Shown here: positions 28,233-38,302 of the stretch, piece by piece
How positions within the stretch are numbered: the stretch's first letter is position 1
Layout: each line of letters begins with the position of its first letter
NCBI RefSeq assembly: GCF_016793285.1
Contig: NZ_JAEUMO010000128.1
Coordinates: 3-64,002, forward strand
Direction: 5' to 3'
Origin: Phenylobacterium sp.
Lineage (GTDB): Bacteria > Pseudomonadota > Alphaproteobacteria > Caulobacterales > Caulobacteraceae
Length of the DNA: 64,000 bases
Notes under the pieces: model-generated
The model's database searches: none
What the model was told of the DNA's origin: nothing
Seen by the model: the letters and a program-made list of their open reading frames with translations, nothing else
Translations under genes and position numbers: made by a program

Positions 28233-28322
28233 CCCATCGGGGGAGCTGTCGGCGAATGCCAACCGGGGTCACTCGCGGCCTGAGCGCACCCCCTCCGACC
28301 CTTGCCGCCACCTCCTCAGCCG
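28233..28322. repeat. dispersed intergenic element, copy B (inverted relative to copy A)
   Basis: GGGGAGCTGTCGGCGAATGCC lies at 28240-28260, followed by 45 nt and then CGCCACCTCCTC at 28306-28317. These are the exact reverse complements of both ends of copy A, with the same 45-nt spacing. Confidence 0.75.
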
Positions 28323-28390
28323 GGGATGAACTGCGGACTTTCGCTCCGCGACGTCATCGCGCTAAGTCCCGGACAACATAGGGACCCGCC

Positions 28391-29533
28391 ATGATCGACA
28401 CCGCCGCCCGCCCCGTCTTCGACGAGGAGCTGAACCTGTTCCGCGACCAGGTGCGGAAGTTCTACGACAAGGCGCTGACGCCCAACCTCGACCGCTGGGA
28501 GCAGGAAGGCATCATCGGGCGCGACTTCTGGCTGGCGTGCGGCGAGGCGGGGATCCTCTGCCCCGGCGTGCCGGCCGAGTACGGCGGCCTGGGGCTCGAC
28601 TTCCGCTACAACGCCGTGATCAGCGAGGAACTGTTCTATGCGGGCAGCTCGGCCGGCATCACGCTGCAGAGCGACATCGTCGCGGACTACATCGTCAACT
28701 ACGGCTCCGAGGAGCAGAAGCGGCAGTGGCTGCCGAAGATGGTGTCGGGGGAGGCCATCACCGCCATCGCCATGACCGAGCCCGGCACGGGCTCGGACCT
28801 GCAGGCGGTGCGCACGACCGCGATCCGCGCCGGCAACCACTACGTCGTGAACGGCTCGAAGATCTACATCACCAACGGCCAGAACGCGGACCTGGTGATC
28901 GTGGTGGCCAAGACCGATCCCACCCAGGGCGGCAAGGGCATCTCGCTCATCCTGGTCGAGGCCGACCGCGAGGGCTTCAAGCGCGGCCGCAACCTGGACA
29001 AGATCGGCCAGCACTCGGCCGACACCTCGGAGCTGTTCTTCGAGGATGTGCGCGTGCCGGTGACCAACTGCCTCGGCGAGGAAGGCCGGGGCTTCGCCCA
29101 GCTCATGAACCAGTTGCCACAGGAGCGGCTGGGCATCGCGCTCCAGGCGCAGGCCGCCGCCCAGCGCGCGTTCGACGAGGGCGTGAAGTTCACCAAGGAC
29201 AGGAAGGCGTTCGGCCAGACCGTCTTCGACTTCCAGAACACCCGGTTCACGCTGGCGGGCCTCAAGGCCAGGATGCAGGCGGGCTGGGCGCACCTGGACT
29301 GGGCCATCGCGCGGCACCTGGAGGGCAAGCTGACGGCGGCGGAGGCCTCGGCCGCCAAGCTCTTCCACACCGAGCTGCAGTGGGAGGTCGTCGACGCGGC
29401 CCTGCAACTGCACGGCGGGGCCGGCTACATGAACGAGTATCCGATCGCGCGGCTGTGGCGCGACGCCCGCGTGCAGCGGATCTATGGCGGCACCAGCGAG
29501 ATCATGAAGGAGGTCGTCGCGCGGACGATTTGA
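28391..29533 (+). CDS. acyl-CoA dehydrogenase
   Basis: The 380-aa product is a canonical ACAD with C-terminal RIYGGTSEIMKEVVARTI (catalytic Glu motif). Confidence 0.93.
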   Translation: MIDTAARPVFDEELNLFRDQVRKFYDKALTPNLDRWEQEGIIGRDFWLACGEAGILCPGVPAEYGGLGLDFRYNAVISEELFYAGSSAGITLQSDIVADYIVNYGSEEQKRQWLPKMVSGEAITAIAMTEPGTGSDLQAVRTTAIRAGNHYVVNGSKIYITNGQNADLVIVVAKTDPTQGGKGISLILVEADREGFKRGRNLDKIGQHSADTSELFFEDVRVPVTNCLGEEGRGFAQLMNQLPQERLGIALQAQAAAQRAFDEGVKFTKDRKAFGQTVFDFQNTRFTLAGLKARMQAGWAHLDWAIARHLEGKLTAAEASAAKLFHTELQWEVVDAALQLHGGAGYMNEYPIARLWRDARVQRIYGGTSEIMKEVVARTI

Positions 29534-29612
29534 CCGGCGGTGCGCGGAACCTGACGCAACAAGCATCGCCTTAGCGCGTTCCGGAAGGGATCCAGGCACG
29601 GGGATCCTACGG

Positions 29613-30368
29613 ATGAACACGTCTCTCTTCGCGCAGCCCGACGACGGATCGGGCCGGACGGTCCCGCGGCGAGCCAACCGCCTGCTGGGCGCGCTCTCGG
29701 CGCGGGACTTCGAGGTGCTGGCGCCCCACCTCGAACGAGTCGACCTGCCGCGCGGTCACGTCCTGTTCGAGCCGGGCGACGACGTCACGACCACCTACTT
29801 CCCGTGCTTCCGCACCATGGTCTCGCTGCTGGTCGCCACCCGCGACGGGCGCGAGGTGGAGGCCGCCACGATCGGCCGCGAGGGCGCGGTGGGCGGCATC
29901 GTCTCGGAGGGCCACAAGCCGGCGTTCGGCCGCGCGGTCGTGCGGATCGGCGGCGAGGCGCTGGCCATCCCCACCAGCCACCTGGAGGCGGCCAAGACCG
30001 GCTCGCCCCGCTTCGGCGACCTCTTCTCCCGCTATGCCGACGCCCTGCTCGCCCAGATGATGCAGTCGGTCGCCTGCAACGCGCTCCATCGCGCCGAGGA
30101 ACGGGCGTGCCGCTGGCTGCTCGCGACCCACGACCGCGCGGGCGACAAGATCATCCACCTCACCCAGGAATCGCTGGCCGAGATGCTGGGGCTGCAGCGG
30201 ACGACGGTGACGGCGGTCACGTCCGCGCTCCAGACCCGCGGCCTGATCCGCAACTTCCGCGGCGGCGTCGAGGTGATCGACCGCGCCGGCCTCGAACGCG
30301 CGGCCTGCGAATGCTACCGCGCCGTCGAGGACCACTTCGCCAAGCTGCTGCCGGAAGTGGACGTCTAG
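29613..30368 (+). CDS. Crp/Fnr family transcriptional regulator
   Basis: It has a cNMP-binding-like N-terminal domain and a C-terminal HTH (IHLTQESLAEMLGLQRTTVTAVTSALQTRGLI). Confidence 0.85.
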   Translation: MNTSLFAQPDDGSGRTVPRRANRLLGALSARDFEVLAPHLERVDLPRGHVLFEPGDDVTTTYFPCFRTMVSLLVATRDGREVEAATIGREGAVGGIVSEGHKPAFGRAVVRIGGEALAIPTSHLEAAKTGSPRFGDLFSRYADALLAQMMQSVACNALHRAEERACRWLLATHDRAGDKIIHLTQESLAEMLGLQRTTVTAVTSALQTRGLIRNFRGGVEVIDRAGLERAACECYRAVEDHFAKLLPEVDV

Positions 30369-30373
30369 AGGGT

Positions 30374-30416
30374 CCGCTCATCCGGGCAAATGCACGACAA
30401 ATGCCGGGACGAGCGG
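30374..30416. terminator. hairpin between convergent genes (possible bidirectional terminator)
   Basis: CCGCTCATCCGGGCA (30374-30388) is nearly complementary to TGCCGGGACGAGCGG (30402-30416). There is no clear U-tract. Confidence 0.35.
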
Positions 30417-30428
30417 TAGATCTAAGGC

Positions 30429-31694
30429 CTACTTCTTCGCCACCTCGCCGCCCTTCATAACGAAGACCGGCCGTTCCAGCACGGTGACGTCGGTGAGGGG
30501 ATCTCCCTTCACGCCGACGAGATCGCCCCAGAAGCCCTTGGCGACCTGGCCCACGTCCTTCTCCCAGCCCAGCGCCTCGCCGGCGTTCAGCGTGGCCGAC
30601 TGGATCGCCTGAAGCGGCGTCGCGCCGTAGCGCACCATCACCGCGAACTGCCTGGCGTTCAGGCCGTGCGGATAGACCCCGGCATCGGTGGAGAAGATCA
30701 TCTTCGCGCCGGCCTTGATGGCCTTGCGGAAGTTCTCCCGCTGGACCTCGCCGATCTCGCGGTCCTTGCGCAGGTTGTCGGCGAGCTCGCCGTTCTTCGC
30801 GCCTTCGGCCTGGGTGTAGTCGGTGTTGTAGATGTCGAAGCCGAGCCAGGTCCCCTTCTGGATCGCCAGCCCGATCCCCTCGTCGTCGATCAGGCTGACG
30901 TGCTCGATGGTGTCGACGCCGCCCAGGATGGCGGCCTTGATGCCGGGCGCGCCGTGGGCGTGGGCGGCCACCTTCATGCCGGCCATGTGCGCCTCGTCGG
31001 TGATCGCCTTGATCTCGTCGAGGGTCATCTGCTGCGCGCCCGGCTCGTCGCCGCGGGAGAAGACGCCGCCGGTCGCGCAGATCTTGATCGAGCGCGCGCC
31101 GTACTTGCGCTGGGTGCGCACCTGCTTGCGGCCCTCGTCGGGGCTGTCGACCAGGGCCGGGCTCTTCTCCTCCATCGACGGCGGGAAGAAGGTCTCGTCG
31201 CAGTGGCCGCCGGTGGCGCCCAGCGCATAGCCGGACGCCATGATGCGCGGCCCCGGGATCCAGCCCTCGTCGATCGCCTCGCGGATCCCCACGTCGGCGT
31301 AGAAGGCCGTGCCGACGTTGCGCACCGTGGTGAAGCCGGACTCCAGCGTGGTCCTGGCGTTGGCCACGCCGACCGCGGTCCAGAAGGTGTCGGTGAACTC
31401 ATAGGGGCGGTAGCCGCCGTACTTGCCGGCGCTGGTCAGGTGGACGTGCATGTCGATCAGGCCCGGCAGCAGCGTCACGCCCGGCAGGTCCACGCGCACG
31501 GCGCCGGCAGGCACACGGTCGCCCTGCCTGCCGACGGAGGCGACGCGCCCGTCCTCGACGATCACCAGCGGCTTTTCGGCGTACTTGCCGGTCTTCACGT
31601 CCAGCAGGCGGTCGGCGGTGACCGCCACCGTCTTCGCCTGCGCAGCGCCCGCGACCAGTGCTGCGGCCAGCGCCGCACTCAGGACCCAACGCAT
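30429..31694 (-). CDS. exported metal-dependent amidohydrolase
   Basis: It has a signal peptide ([20 protein letters not shown]), the HxH motif (LIDMHVHL), and later AAHAHG and TDAGV motifs typical of the amidohydrolase superfamily. Confidence 0.88.
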   Translation of the reverse strand: MRWVLSAALAAALVAGAAQAKTVAVTADRLLDVKTGKYAEKPLVIVEDGRVASVGRQGDRVPAGAVRVDLPGVTLLPGLIDMHVHLTSAGKYGGYRPYEFTDTFWTAVGVANARTTLESGFTTVRNVGTAFYADVGIREAIDEGWIPGPRIMASGYALGATGGHCDETFFPPSMEEKSPALVDSPDEGRKQVRTQRKYGARSIKICATGGVFSRGDEPGAQQMTLDEIKAITDEAHMAGMKVAAHAHGAPGIKAAILGGVDTIEHVSLIDDEGIGLAIQKGTWLGFDIYNTDYTQAEGAKNGELADNLRKDREIGEVQRENFRKAIKAGAKMIFSTDAGVYPHGLNARQFAVMVRYGATPLQAIQSATLNAGEALGWEKDVGQVAKGFWGDLVGVKGDPLTDVTVLERPVFVMKGGEVAKK

Positions 31695-31800
31695 GCCCGA
31701 TGCCTCCCAACCCGTGACGGTGGGCTTAGCACGGCCGCGGGCGGGTGACAGGGGCGCCCCTGTCCGCTATCGGGACGCCGCGGCGTGTGAGGACGGTGAA

Positions 31801-32715
31801 TTGAGCGGCGAGACGGAAGAGCAAGGCTGGGCGACGGCGAAGACGCTGGCGGAGTCCCTGCCCTACATCCAGGTCTACGACCGCGAGACCGTGGTCATCA
31901 AATACGGCGGCCACGCCATGGGCGAGGAGAGCGTCGCCAAGCTGTTCGCCGCCGACGTGGTGCTGCTGAAGATGCTGGGCGTACACCCGGTCGTGGTGCA
32001 TGGCGGCGGGCCGCAGATTTCGGCGTGGCTGGAGAAGGCCGGCGTGAAGTCGACCTTCATCGACGGCCTGCGCGTCACCGACCAGGCGACCATGGAAGTG
32101 GCCGAGATGGTGCTCTCGGGCGCCATCAACAAGGAGATCGCGAGCTGGATCACCCAGGCGGGCGCCGAGGCCGACGTGCGTGGCGTAGGCCTGTCGGGCA
32201 AGGACGCCAAGCTGATCACCGTCGAGAAGGTGACGCGCACCACCCGCGCGACCGACAGCGTCGAGGAGAAGATCGTCGATCTGGGCTTCGTGGGTGAGCC
32301 GAAGATCATCGACACCACCCTGATCGAAGCGCTGATCAAGGCCGATCACGACTACATCCCGGTGATCGCGCCTATCGGGGTGGACGACAACGGCCAGACC
32401 TACAACATCAACGCCGACACGGTGGCCGGCGCGCTCGCCGGCGCCCTGGGCGCCAAACGGATGCTGCTCCTCACCGACGTCTCGGGCGTGCTCGACGCGA
32501 ACAAGGACCGCATCGCCCAGATGACGATCGCCGAGGCGCGCAAGGCGATCGCGGAGCGGGTCGCGACCGGCGGCATGATCCCGAAGCTGGAGACCGCCAT
32601 CGCAGCCGTCGAGAGCGGCGTCGAGGCCGTCGTCATCCTGGACGGCCGCCGCCCGCACGCCATGCTGGTCGAGCTCTTCACCGAGCACGGGTCGGGGACG
32701 ATGGTGAAGCCGTGA
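31801..32715 (+). CDS. argB: acetylglutamate kinase
   Basis: This lies in ORF 31423..32715. The conserved region begins [33 protein letters not shown]...[10 protein letters not shown]. The start is uncertain; TTG 31801 is proposed. Confidence 0.88.
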   Translation: MSGETEEQGWATAKTLAESLPYIQVYDRETVVIKYGGHAMGEESVAKLFAADVVLLKMLGVHPVVVHGGGPQISAWLEKAGVKSTFIDGLRVTDQATMEVAEMVLSGAINKEIASWITQAGAEADVRGVGLSGKDAKLITVEKVTRTTRATDSVEEKIVDLGFVGEPKIIDTTLIEALIKADHDYIPVIAPIGVDDNGQTYNINADTVAGALAGALGAKRMLLLTDVSGVLDANKDRIAQMTIAEARKAIAERVATGGMIPKLETAIAAVESGVEAVVILDGRRPHAMLVELFTEHGSGTMVKP

Positions 32716-33389
32716 GGCCAGACACCCACAGGGCAGACCTCCGGCATATCGACACCTGGCTGTTCGACCTGGACGGCACGCTCTATCCGGCCGAGTCCGG
32801 CTTCCTCGACGCCGTGGTCGACCGCATGACCGACTTCGTGGAGAAGGTCACCGGCCTGCCGCGCGACGAGGCGCTGAAGGTGCAGAAGGCCTACCTGGCC
32901 GAGCACGGGCTGACGCTGAAGGGCCTGATGCTGCACCACGACGTCGACCCCGACGACTTCCACGCCATCTTCCACGACCTGTCGCTGGAGGCGCTGGCGC
33001 ACGATCCGGACCTGCTCGCGCAGCTCGGACGCCTTCCGGGCCGCCGGCTGATCTTCACCAACGCCGACGACCGCCACGCCGCGCGCGTGCTTGAGCGGCT
33101 GGGCCTGGGCCACCTGTTCGACGACGTCTTCCACATCGCCTCGACGGGATACGAACCCAAGCCGAGCGCCGCGGCCTTCTCCGCCATCGGCGCGGCCCAT
33201 GACATCGCCCCGGCGAGCACCGCCTTCTTCGAGGACTCCGCGCGCAACCTCGAGCCCGCGGCCGGGCTGGGCATGACCACCGTGCTGGTCGGCCCCTACG
33301 CCGAGCAGTCCACCGCCCCCTTCGTGCAGTACCGCACCCGCCATCTCGCGCCGTTCCTGCGCGACGCCCAACTCAAGGAAGCCGCCTGA
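32712..33389 (+). CDS. HAD-superfamily hydrolase (pyrimidine 5'-nucleotidase-like)
   Basis: It has HAD motif I ([10 protein letters not shown]). The GTG start overlaps the argB stop, and its stop overlaps the dapD ATG. Confidence 0.8.
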   Translation: MRPDTHRADLRHIDTWLFDLDGTLYPAESGFLDAVVDRMTDFVEKVTGLPRDEALKVQKAYLAEHGLTLKGLMLHHDVDPDDFHAIFHDLSLEALAHDPDLLAQLGRLPGRRLIFTNADDRHAARVLERLGLGHLFDDVFHIASTGYEPKPSAAAFSAIGAAHDIAPASTAFFEDSARNLEPAAGLGMTTVLVGPYAEQSTAPFVQYRTRHLAPFLRDAQLKEAA

Positions 33390-34210
33390 TGAGCGCCGAG
33401 CTGAAGTCCGTGATCCAGGCCGCCTGGGCCGAGCGCGACGGGATCAACACCGCCACCAGGGGTCAGGTGCGCGACGCCGTGAACGAGACGCTGGCGCTGC
33501 TCGACGCCGGCAAGCTGCGGGTGGCCGAGCGCGGCGCCGACGGGGCGTGGAGCGTCAACCAGTGGGCCAAGGAGGCGATCCTGCTCTCCTTCCGCCTGAA
33601 CCCGTCCGTGGTGATGGAGCCGGGTCCCTTCTGGGACAAGGTCCCTTTGAAGTTCGACGGCTGGACGGCCGCCCAGTTCGAGGCCGCTGGCTTCCGCGCC
33701 GTCCCCGGTTGCGTCGTGCGCCGCAGCGCCTTCATCGCCAGGAACGTGGTGCTGATGCCGTCGTTCGTGAACGTCGGCGCCTACGTCGACGAGGGTACGA
33801 TGGTCGACACCTGGGCCACGGTCGGCTCGTGCGCCCAGATCGGTAAGAACTGCCACATTTCGGGCGGCGCCGGCATCGGCGGCGTGCTGGAGCCGCTGCA
33901 GGCGAACCCGACCATCATCGAGGACAACTGCTTCATCGGCGCGCGCGCCGAGGTGGCCGAGGGCGTGATCGTGCGCGAGGGCTCGGTGCTCTCGATGGGC
34001 ACCTTCATCACCGCCACGACGCCGATCATCGACCGCAAGACCGGCGTCACCACCACCGGCGAGGTGCCGCCCTACTCGGTCGTGGTGTCGGGGAACCGGC
34101 CGAACCCGGTCGACCCGTCGCTGCCGTCCACCTACTGCGCGGTGATCATGAAGACCGTGGACGAGCGCACGCGCTCCAAGACCTCCATCAACGAGCTGCT
34201 TCGCGACTGA
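33389..34210 (+). CDS. dapD: 2,3,4,5-tetrahydropyridine-2,6-dicarboxylate N-succinyltransferase
   Basis: The 273-aa product has hexapeptide-repeat beta-helix segments ([40 protein letters not shown]) and the characteristic C-terminal [10 protein letters not shown]. Confidence 0.92.
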   Translation: MSAELKSVIQAAWAERDGINTATRGQVRDAVNETLALLDAGKLRVAERGADGAWSVNQWAKEAILLSFRLNPSVVMEPGPFWDKVPLKFDGWTAAQFEAAGFRAVPGCVVRRSAFIARNVVLMPSFVNVGAYVDEGTMVDTWATVGSCAQIGKNCHISGGAGIGGVLEPLQANPTIIEDNCFIGARAEVAEGVIVREGSVLSMGTFITATTPIIDRKTGVTTTGEVPPYSVVVSGNRPNPVDPSLPSTYCAVIMKTVDERTRSKTSINELLRD

Positions 34211-34466
34211 CCGCGTCGACAGGCACGCCCGTCACCGGCCCCGGATAGGGCCCGCTGAAGTACACCCCGCGCCGGCCTTCGCCCTCCTGCGCCACGAAGG
34301 CGCCCTGCGTTCGCGCGCAGGCCGGCTTCGGCTCGAAGGGGCCTGTGTAGTAGCCGACCGGGCCGCCGTAGGGGTCGTAGCAGTAGGCGTAGCCGTATTG
34401 CGACGAGGCGCAACCGCTGAGCGCGAGCGCGCCGCCCAGGGCCAGCAGGATCGGTCTCACAGCCAT
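34188..34466 (-). CDS. small putative lipoprotein (92 aa)
   Basis: This is the tail of ORF 34188..35711 from ATG 34466. It has a lipobox ([19 protein letters not shown]) followed by a Tyr/Gly/Pro-rich mature part. It overlaps the dapD 3' end by 23 nt. Confidence 0.5.
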   Translation of the reverse strand: MAVRPILLALGGALALSGCASSQYGYAYCYDPYGGPVGYYTGPFEPKPACARTQGAFVAQEGEGRRGVYFSGPYPGPVTGVPVDAVSREAAR

Positions 34467-34640
34467 CGCAGTCCGCCTTCTGCGGTCGAGGCCGCCACTC
34501 AACGCCCCGCCATCGCGGCGCGCAACGCCGCTCGCCCCGCACGCGAGGCGCCGCCGCCGCCGGGCGGACGTCGCGCCACGACAGCCATCTTCGGCATGTG
34601 CGCTCTCGCCTCTGCGGCGATTGCTAGGTATGGCGACGGA

Positions 34641-35801
34641 ATGCCTGTCCGGACCCTCGCCGCCCTCGACGCCGTCGAACTGACCCGCGACCTGATCCGC
34701 CGCCCCTCGGTGACGCCCGCAGACGCCGGGGCCATGGACGTGGTGCAGGAAACGCTCACGGCGCTCGGCTTCGCCTGCCGGCGCATGAAGTTCGGCGAGA
34801 TCGAGAACCTCTACGCCCGGTACGGGACCGCCTCCCCCAACCTCTGCTTCGCCGGCCACACCGACGTGGTGCCGGTGGGCGACGCCGGCGCCTGGTCGAA
34901 GGACGCCTTCGCCGCCGAGGTGGTGGACGGCGTCCTGATCGGCCGCGGCTCGGTGGACATGAAGAGCGCCATCGCCGCCTTCGCCGCCGCCACCGCGGAG
35001 GCCATCGCCGCCAGGAAGGTGCCCGGCTCGATCTCGTTTCTCATCACCGGCGACGAGGAGGGCGTGGCGACCGATGGCACGACCAAGGTGGTCGACGCGC
35101 TGAGGGCCGAGGGCGAGGTCATCGACCACTGCGTGGTGGGCGAGCCCACGTCGGCCGAGACGTTCGGCGACATGGTCAAGGTGGGCCGTAGAGGTTCGAT
35201 CAACGCCGAGATCGTGGTCGAGGGCATCCAGGGTCACGTGGCCTATCCGCACCGCGCGGCCAACCCCGCGGCGCCGCTGATCCGGATGCTGACGGCGTTG
35301 CAGACGCGCGTGCTGGACGAGGGCTATCCCGAGTTCCAGCCGTCGAACCTCGAAGTCACGATGATCGAGATGCCGAACGCGGCGACGAACGTGATCCCGG
35401 GCATGGCGCGGGCGCGGCTCAACATCCGCTTCAACCCGAACCACACCGGCCAGCAACTGGCCGACTGGTTCGACCTGGAGGCCTGGCGCGCCTCGGTCGA
35501 CTTCGGCGGCAAGATCACCGTCAGGTCGTCGATCAGCGGCGAGGCCTTCCTGACCGAGCGCGGCGCCTTCACCGACCTGGTGGCCGCCGCGGTCGCCGAC
35601 GTGACCGGCCAGCCGCCCGAGCTCGCCACCAGCGGCGGCACCTCCGACGCCCGCTTCATCCGCGCGCTCTGCCCGGTCATCGAGGTGGGCCTGGTCGGCA
35701 AGACCATGCACCAGGTCGACGAGCGCGCGCCGGTCGACGAGATCCGCCGGCTGCAGGCCGTCTACGGCCGCATCATCGCTCGCTACTTCGACGCGACCTG
35801 A
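34641..35801 (+). CDS. dapE: succinyl-diaminopimelate desuccinylase
   Basis: I trimmed the ORF to ATG 34641 (MPVRTLAALDAVELTRDLIRRPSVTP). It has M20 peptidase motifs (FAGHTDVVP, GRGSVDMKS, ITGDEEG). Confidence 0.9.
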   Translation: MPVRTLAALDAVELTRDLIRRPSVTPADAGAMDVVQETLTALGFACRRMKFGEIENLYARYGTASPNLCFAGHTDVVPVGDAGAWSKDAFAAEVVDGVLIGRGSVDMKSAIAAFAAATAEAIAARKVPGSISFLITGDEEGVATDGTTKVVDALRAEGEVIDHCVVGEPTSAETFGDMVKVGRRGSINAEIVVEGIQGHVAYPHRAANPAAPLIRMLTALQTRVLDEGYPEFQPSNLEVTMIEMPNAATNVIPGMARARLNIRFNPNHTGQQLADWFDLEAWRASVDFGGKITVRSSISGEAFLTERGAFTDLVAAAVADVTGQPPELATSGGTSDARFIRALCPVIEVGLVGKTMHQVDERAPVDEIRRLQAVYGRIIARYFDAT

Positions 35802-35933
35802 GGCGCATTACGTGGGTGGAGCGCGGTAGCTTTCACCACCAAGAACACCAGGCACACCAAGATGGTCCGAGGCTGCATCGCCTTTGGCGAACTTGGTGGG
35901 CTTGGTGGTTCACATGGATCGCGCTGCGCCCCC

Positions 35934-36872
35934 TCAGATCTTCCCGAAGCACCAGGCCAGGATCGACTTCTGGGCGTGGATGCGGTTTTCGGCTTCGTCC
36001 CAGATCAGGCTCTGCGGGCCGTCCATGACCTCGTCGGTGACCTCTTCGCCGCGGTGCGCCGGCAGGCAGTGGAGGAAGACCGCGTCGCCCGCCGCCTCGC
36101 CCATCAGCTTGCCGTCCACCTGGTAGGGCTCGAGCGCGTCGAGGCGCTCGTCGTGGTCGGTGTCGCCCATCGAGACCCAGGTGTCGGTGATCACGCAGTC
36201 GGCGCCGCGGACGGCTTCGCGCGGGTCGTGCGTGGTCATCACCTGGCCCTGCTGCTCGGCCGCGCGCGCCAGGTCCATCATGTCGGGATGGAAGATCGCG
36301 GGCGTCGCGATGTTCAGCCTGAAACCCAGCTTCGGCGCGGCGTGGATGAAGCTGGAGCAGACGTTGTTGCCGTCGCCCACCCACGCGAACGTCTTGCCCG
36401 TCACCGGGCCGCGATGCTCCTCGAAGGTCATCAGGTCGGCCAGGATCTGGCAGGGATGGCTCCTGTCGGAGAGGCCGTTGATCACCGGGATCGTCGACCA
36501 CATGGCCAGGCGCTCCACGTCCTCGTGGACGTTGGAGCGGATCATGATGGCGTCGACCATCCGCGAGAGCACGCGGGCGGTGTCCTCGATCGGCTCGCCG
36601 CGGCCGATCTGCATGTCGACCGCGTTGGAGATGATCACGTCGCCGCCGAGCTGGCGCATGGCCGCGTCGAACGAGAAGCGCGTCCGGGTGGAGTTCTTCT
36701 CGAAGATCATCGCCAGCACACGATCCGCTGCGGGGCGGTCGGCGTCCGGCCGGCCCTGAGGCCAGCCCTGGCGGGCGGCCTTGCGGGCCTTGGCATCTTC
36801 CAGGATGGCGCGAAGTTCGTGGCCTTCGAGCTTCCAGATGTCGAGGAAGTGCCGCGGAGCCCCGGCGCTCAT
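35934..36872 (-). CDS. argF: ornithine carbamoyltransferase
   Basis: This is the tail of ORF 35934..38183 from ATG 36872. It has STRTR ([12 protein letters not shown]), HPCQ ([12 protein letters not shown]) and HCLP ([13 protein letters not shown]). Confidence 0.93.
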   Translation of the reverse strand: MSAGAPRHFLDIWKLEGHELRAILEDAKARKAARQGWPQGRPDADRPAADRVLAMIFEKNSTRTRFSFDAAMRQLGGDVIISNAVDMQIGRGEPIEDTARVLSRMVDAIMIRSNVHEDVERLAMWSTIPVINGLSDRSHPCQILADLMTFEEHRGPVTGKTFAWVGDGNNVCSSFIHAAPKLGFRLNIATPAIFHPDMMDLARAAEQQGQVMTTHDPREAVRGADCVITDTWVSMGDTDHDERLDALEPYQVDGKLMGEAAGDAVFLHCLPAHRGEEVTDEVMDGPQSLIWDEAENRIHAQKSILAWCFGKI

Positions 36873-38089
36873 GCCGGGACCGCCGCTCTGGACTGGGCGA
36901 CCTCGCAGGCGCGCTCGAGCTTCTCGATGGCTTCGCGCGCCTCTTCCTGCGTCAGGACGAGCGGCGGCAGCAGGCGCACGCAGTTGTCGCCGCCGCCGGC
37001 GATCAGCAGGTGCTGGTCGCGGGCATGCTGCATGAACTCGCGGTTCGGCGTCTTCAGCTTCACGCCGATCAGCAGGCCCTTGCCGCGGATGTCTTCGACG
37101 ACGTCGGGGAAACGCTCCTTCAGCCCCGTGAGCTGCTGGTTCAGGTAGCCGGCCACTTCGCGGACGTGGGCAAGCAGTTCGGGCTTCACCAGTTCCTCGA
37201 CCGACGCGACGCCCACGGCCATGGCCAGCGGGTTGCCGCCGTAGGTCGAGCCGTGGCTTCCGGGCGTCATGCCGCTGGCGGCCTCGGCCGTGGCCAGGCA
37301 CGCGCCGACCGGGAAGCCGCCGCCCAGCGCCTTGGCGACCGCCATGATGTCCGGCGGCGCATCGGCCCACTCGTAGGCGAAGAGCCTGCCGGTCCGGCCC
37401 AGGCCGCACTGGATCTCGTCGTAGATGAGCAGCGTGCCGGTCTCGTCGCAGAGTTGGCGGATCTCCCTGAGCTGCTGCTCGGTCCACGAGCGCGCGCCAC
37501 CCTCGCCCTGCACGGGCTCCAGCAGGATCGCCGCCGTGGTCGGGCCAACGAGCGTCTTCAGCCCCTCGATGTCGCCGAACTTCGCGCCGACGAACCCGGG
37601 CGGCGGCGGGCCGAAGCCTTCCACGTAGCTCGGGTTGTTGGCCGCGAAGATCGCCGCGATCGTGCGGCCGTGGAACGAGCCGTCGAAGCCGATGATGTCG
37701 ATCCGCTCGGCGTTGCCCTTCGACCAGTGGTACTTGCGCGCCGTCTTGATGGCGCACTCGATCGCCTCGGCGCCCGAGTTGGTGAAGAAGCAGACGTCGG
37801 CGAAGGTGTTGTCGGTCAGCAGCTTGGCCAGCTCTTCCTGCTGCGGGATGCGGAAGATGTTGGAGGTGTGCCAGAGCTTCTCGGCCTGGTCCTTCACCGC
37901 CGCCACCAGCTTCGGATGGCCATGGCCCAGGGCCGTCACCGCGATGCCGGCCATGCAGTCGAGGTATTCCTCGCCCTCCGCCGTGAACAGTCGCACGCCC
38001 TCGCCTCGCTCGAACGCCAGCGGGGCGCGCGCGTAGACGCCCATGATGTGATCGCTGGGAACGGGAGCGGTGGCGGACGTCTGGGCCAC
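36869..38089 (-). CDS. argD: acetylornithine (succinylornithine-type) aminotransferase
   Basis: The 406-aa class-III aminotransferase shows [12 protein letters not shown], plus the PLP-Lys region [12 protein letters not shown]. Its stop overlaps the argF start (ATGA). Confidence 0.9.
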   Translation of the reverse strand: MAQTSATAPVPSDHIMGVYARAPLAFERGEGVRLFTAEGEEYLDCMAGIAVTALGHGHPKLVAAVKDQAEKLWHTSNIFRIPQQEELAKLLTDNTFADVCFFTNSGAEAIECAIKTARKYHWSKGNAERIDIIGFDGSFHGRTIAAIFAANNPSYVEGFGPPPPGFVGAKFGDIEGLKTLVGPTTAAILLEPVQGEGGARSWTEQQLREIRQLCDETGTLLIYDEIQCGLGRTGRLFAYEWADAPPDIMAVAKALGGGFPVGACLATAEAASGMTPGSHGSTYGGNPLAMAVGVASVEELVKPELLAHVREVAGYLNQQLTGLKERFPDVVEDIRGKGLLIGVKLKTPNREFMQHARDQHLLIAGGGDNCVRLLPPLVLTQEEAREAIEKLERACEVAQSRAAVPA

Positions 38090-38302
38090 GGGCAGTGCCC
38101 TCCTGAAATGGAACGTCCCCGCAGCGGTGCGCAGCGGGGACCGGAAGGCCTGGCGTTTTCGACGCCAAGCCCTGGCGTGTCAATGTTTCCCGAGTTCCGG
38201 CCCGTCGGGGAGATGGCGCAGCGCGCCGGAGGGGCCTCCGCGAACCTTGCGGAAGCCCCCTTCACGTCCGCGCCGCGGAAGCCGCCCGCGGGGCGACCTG
38301 GC

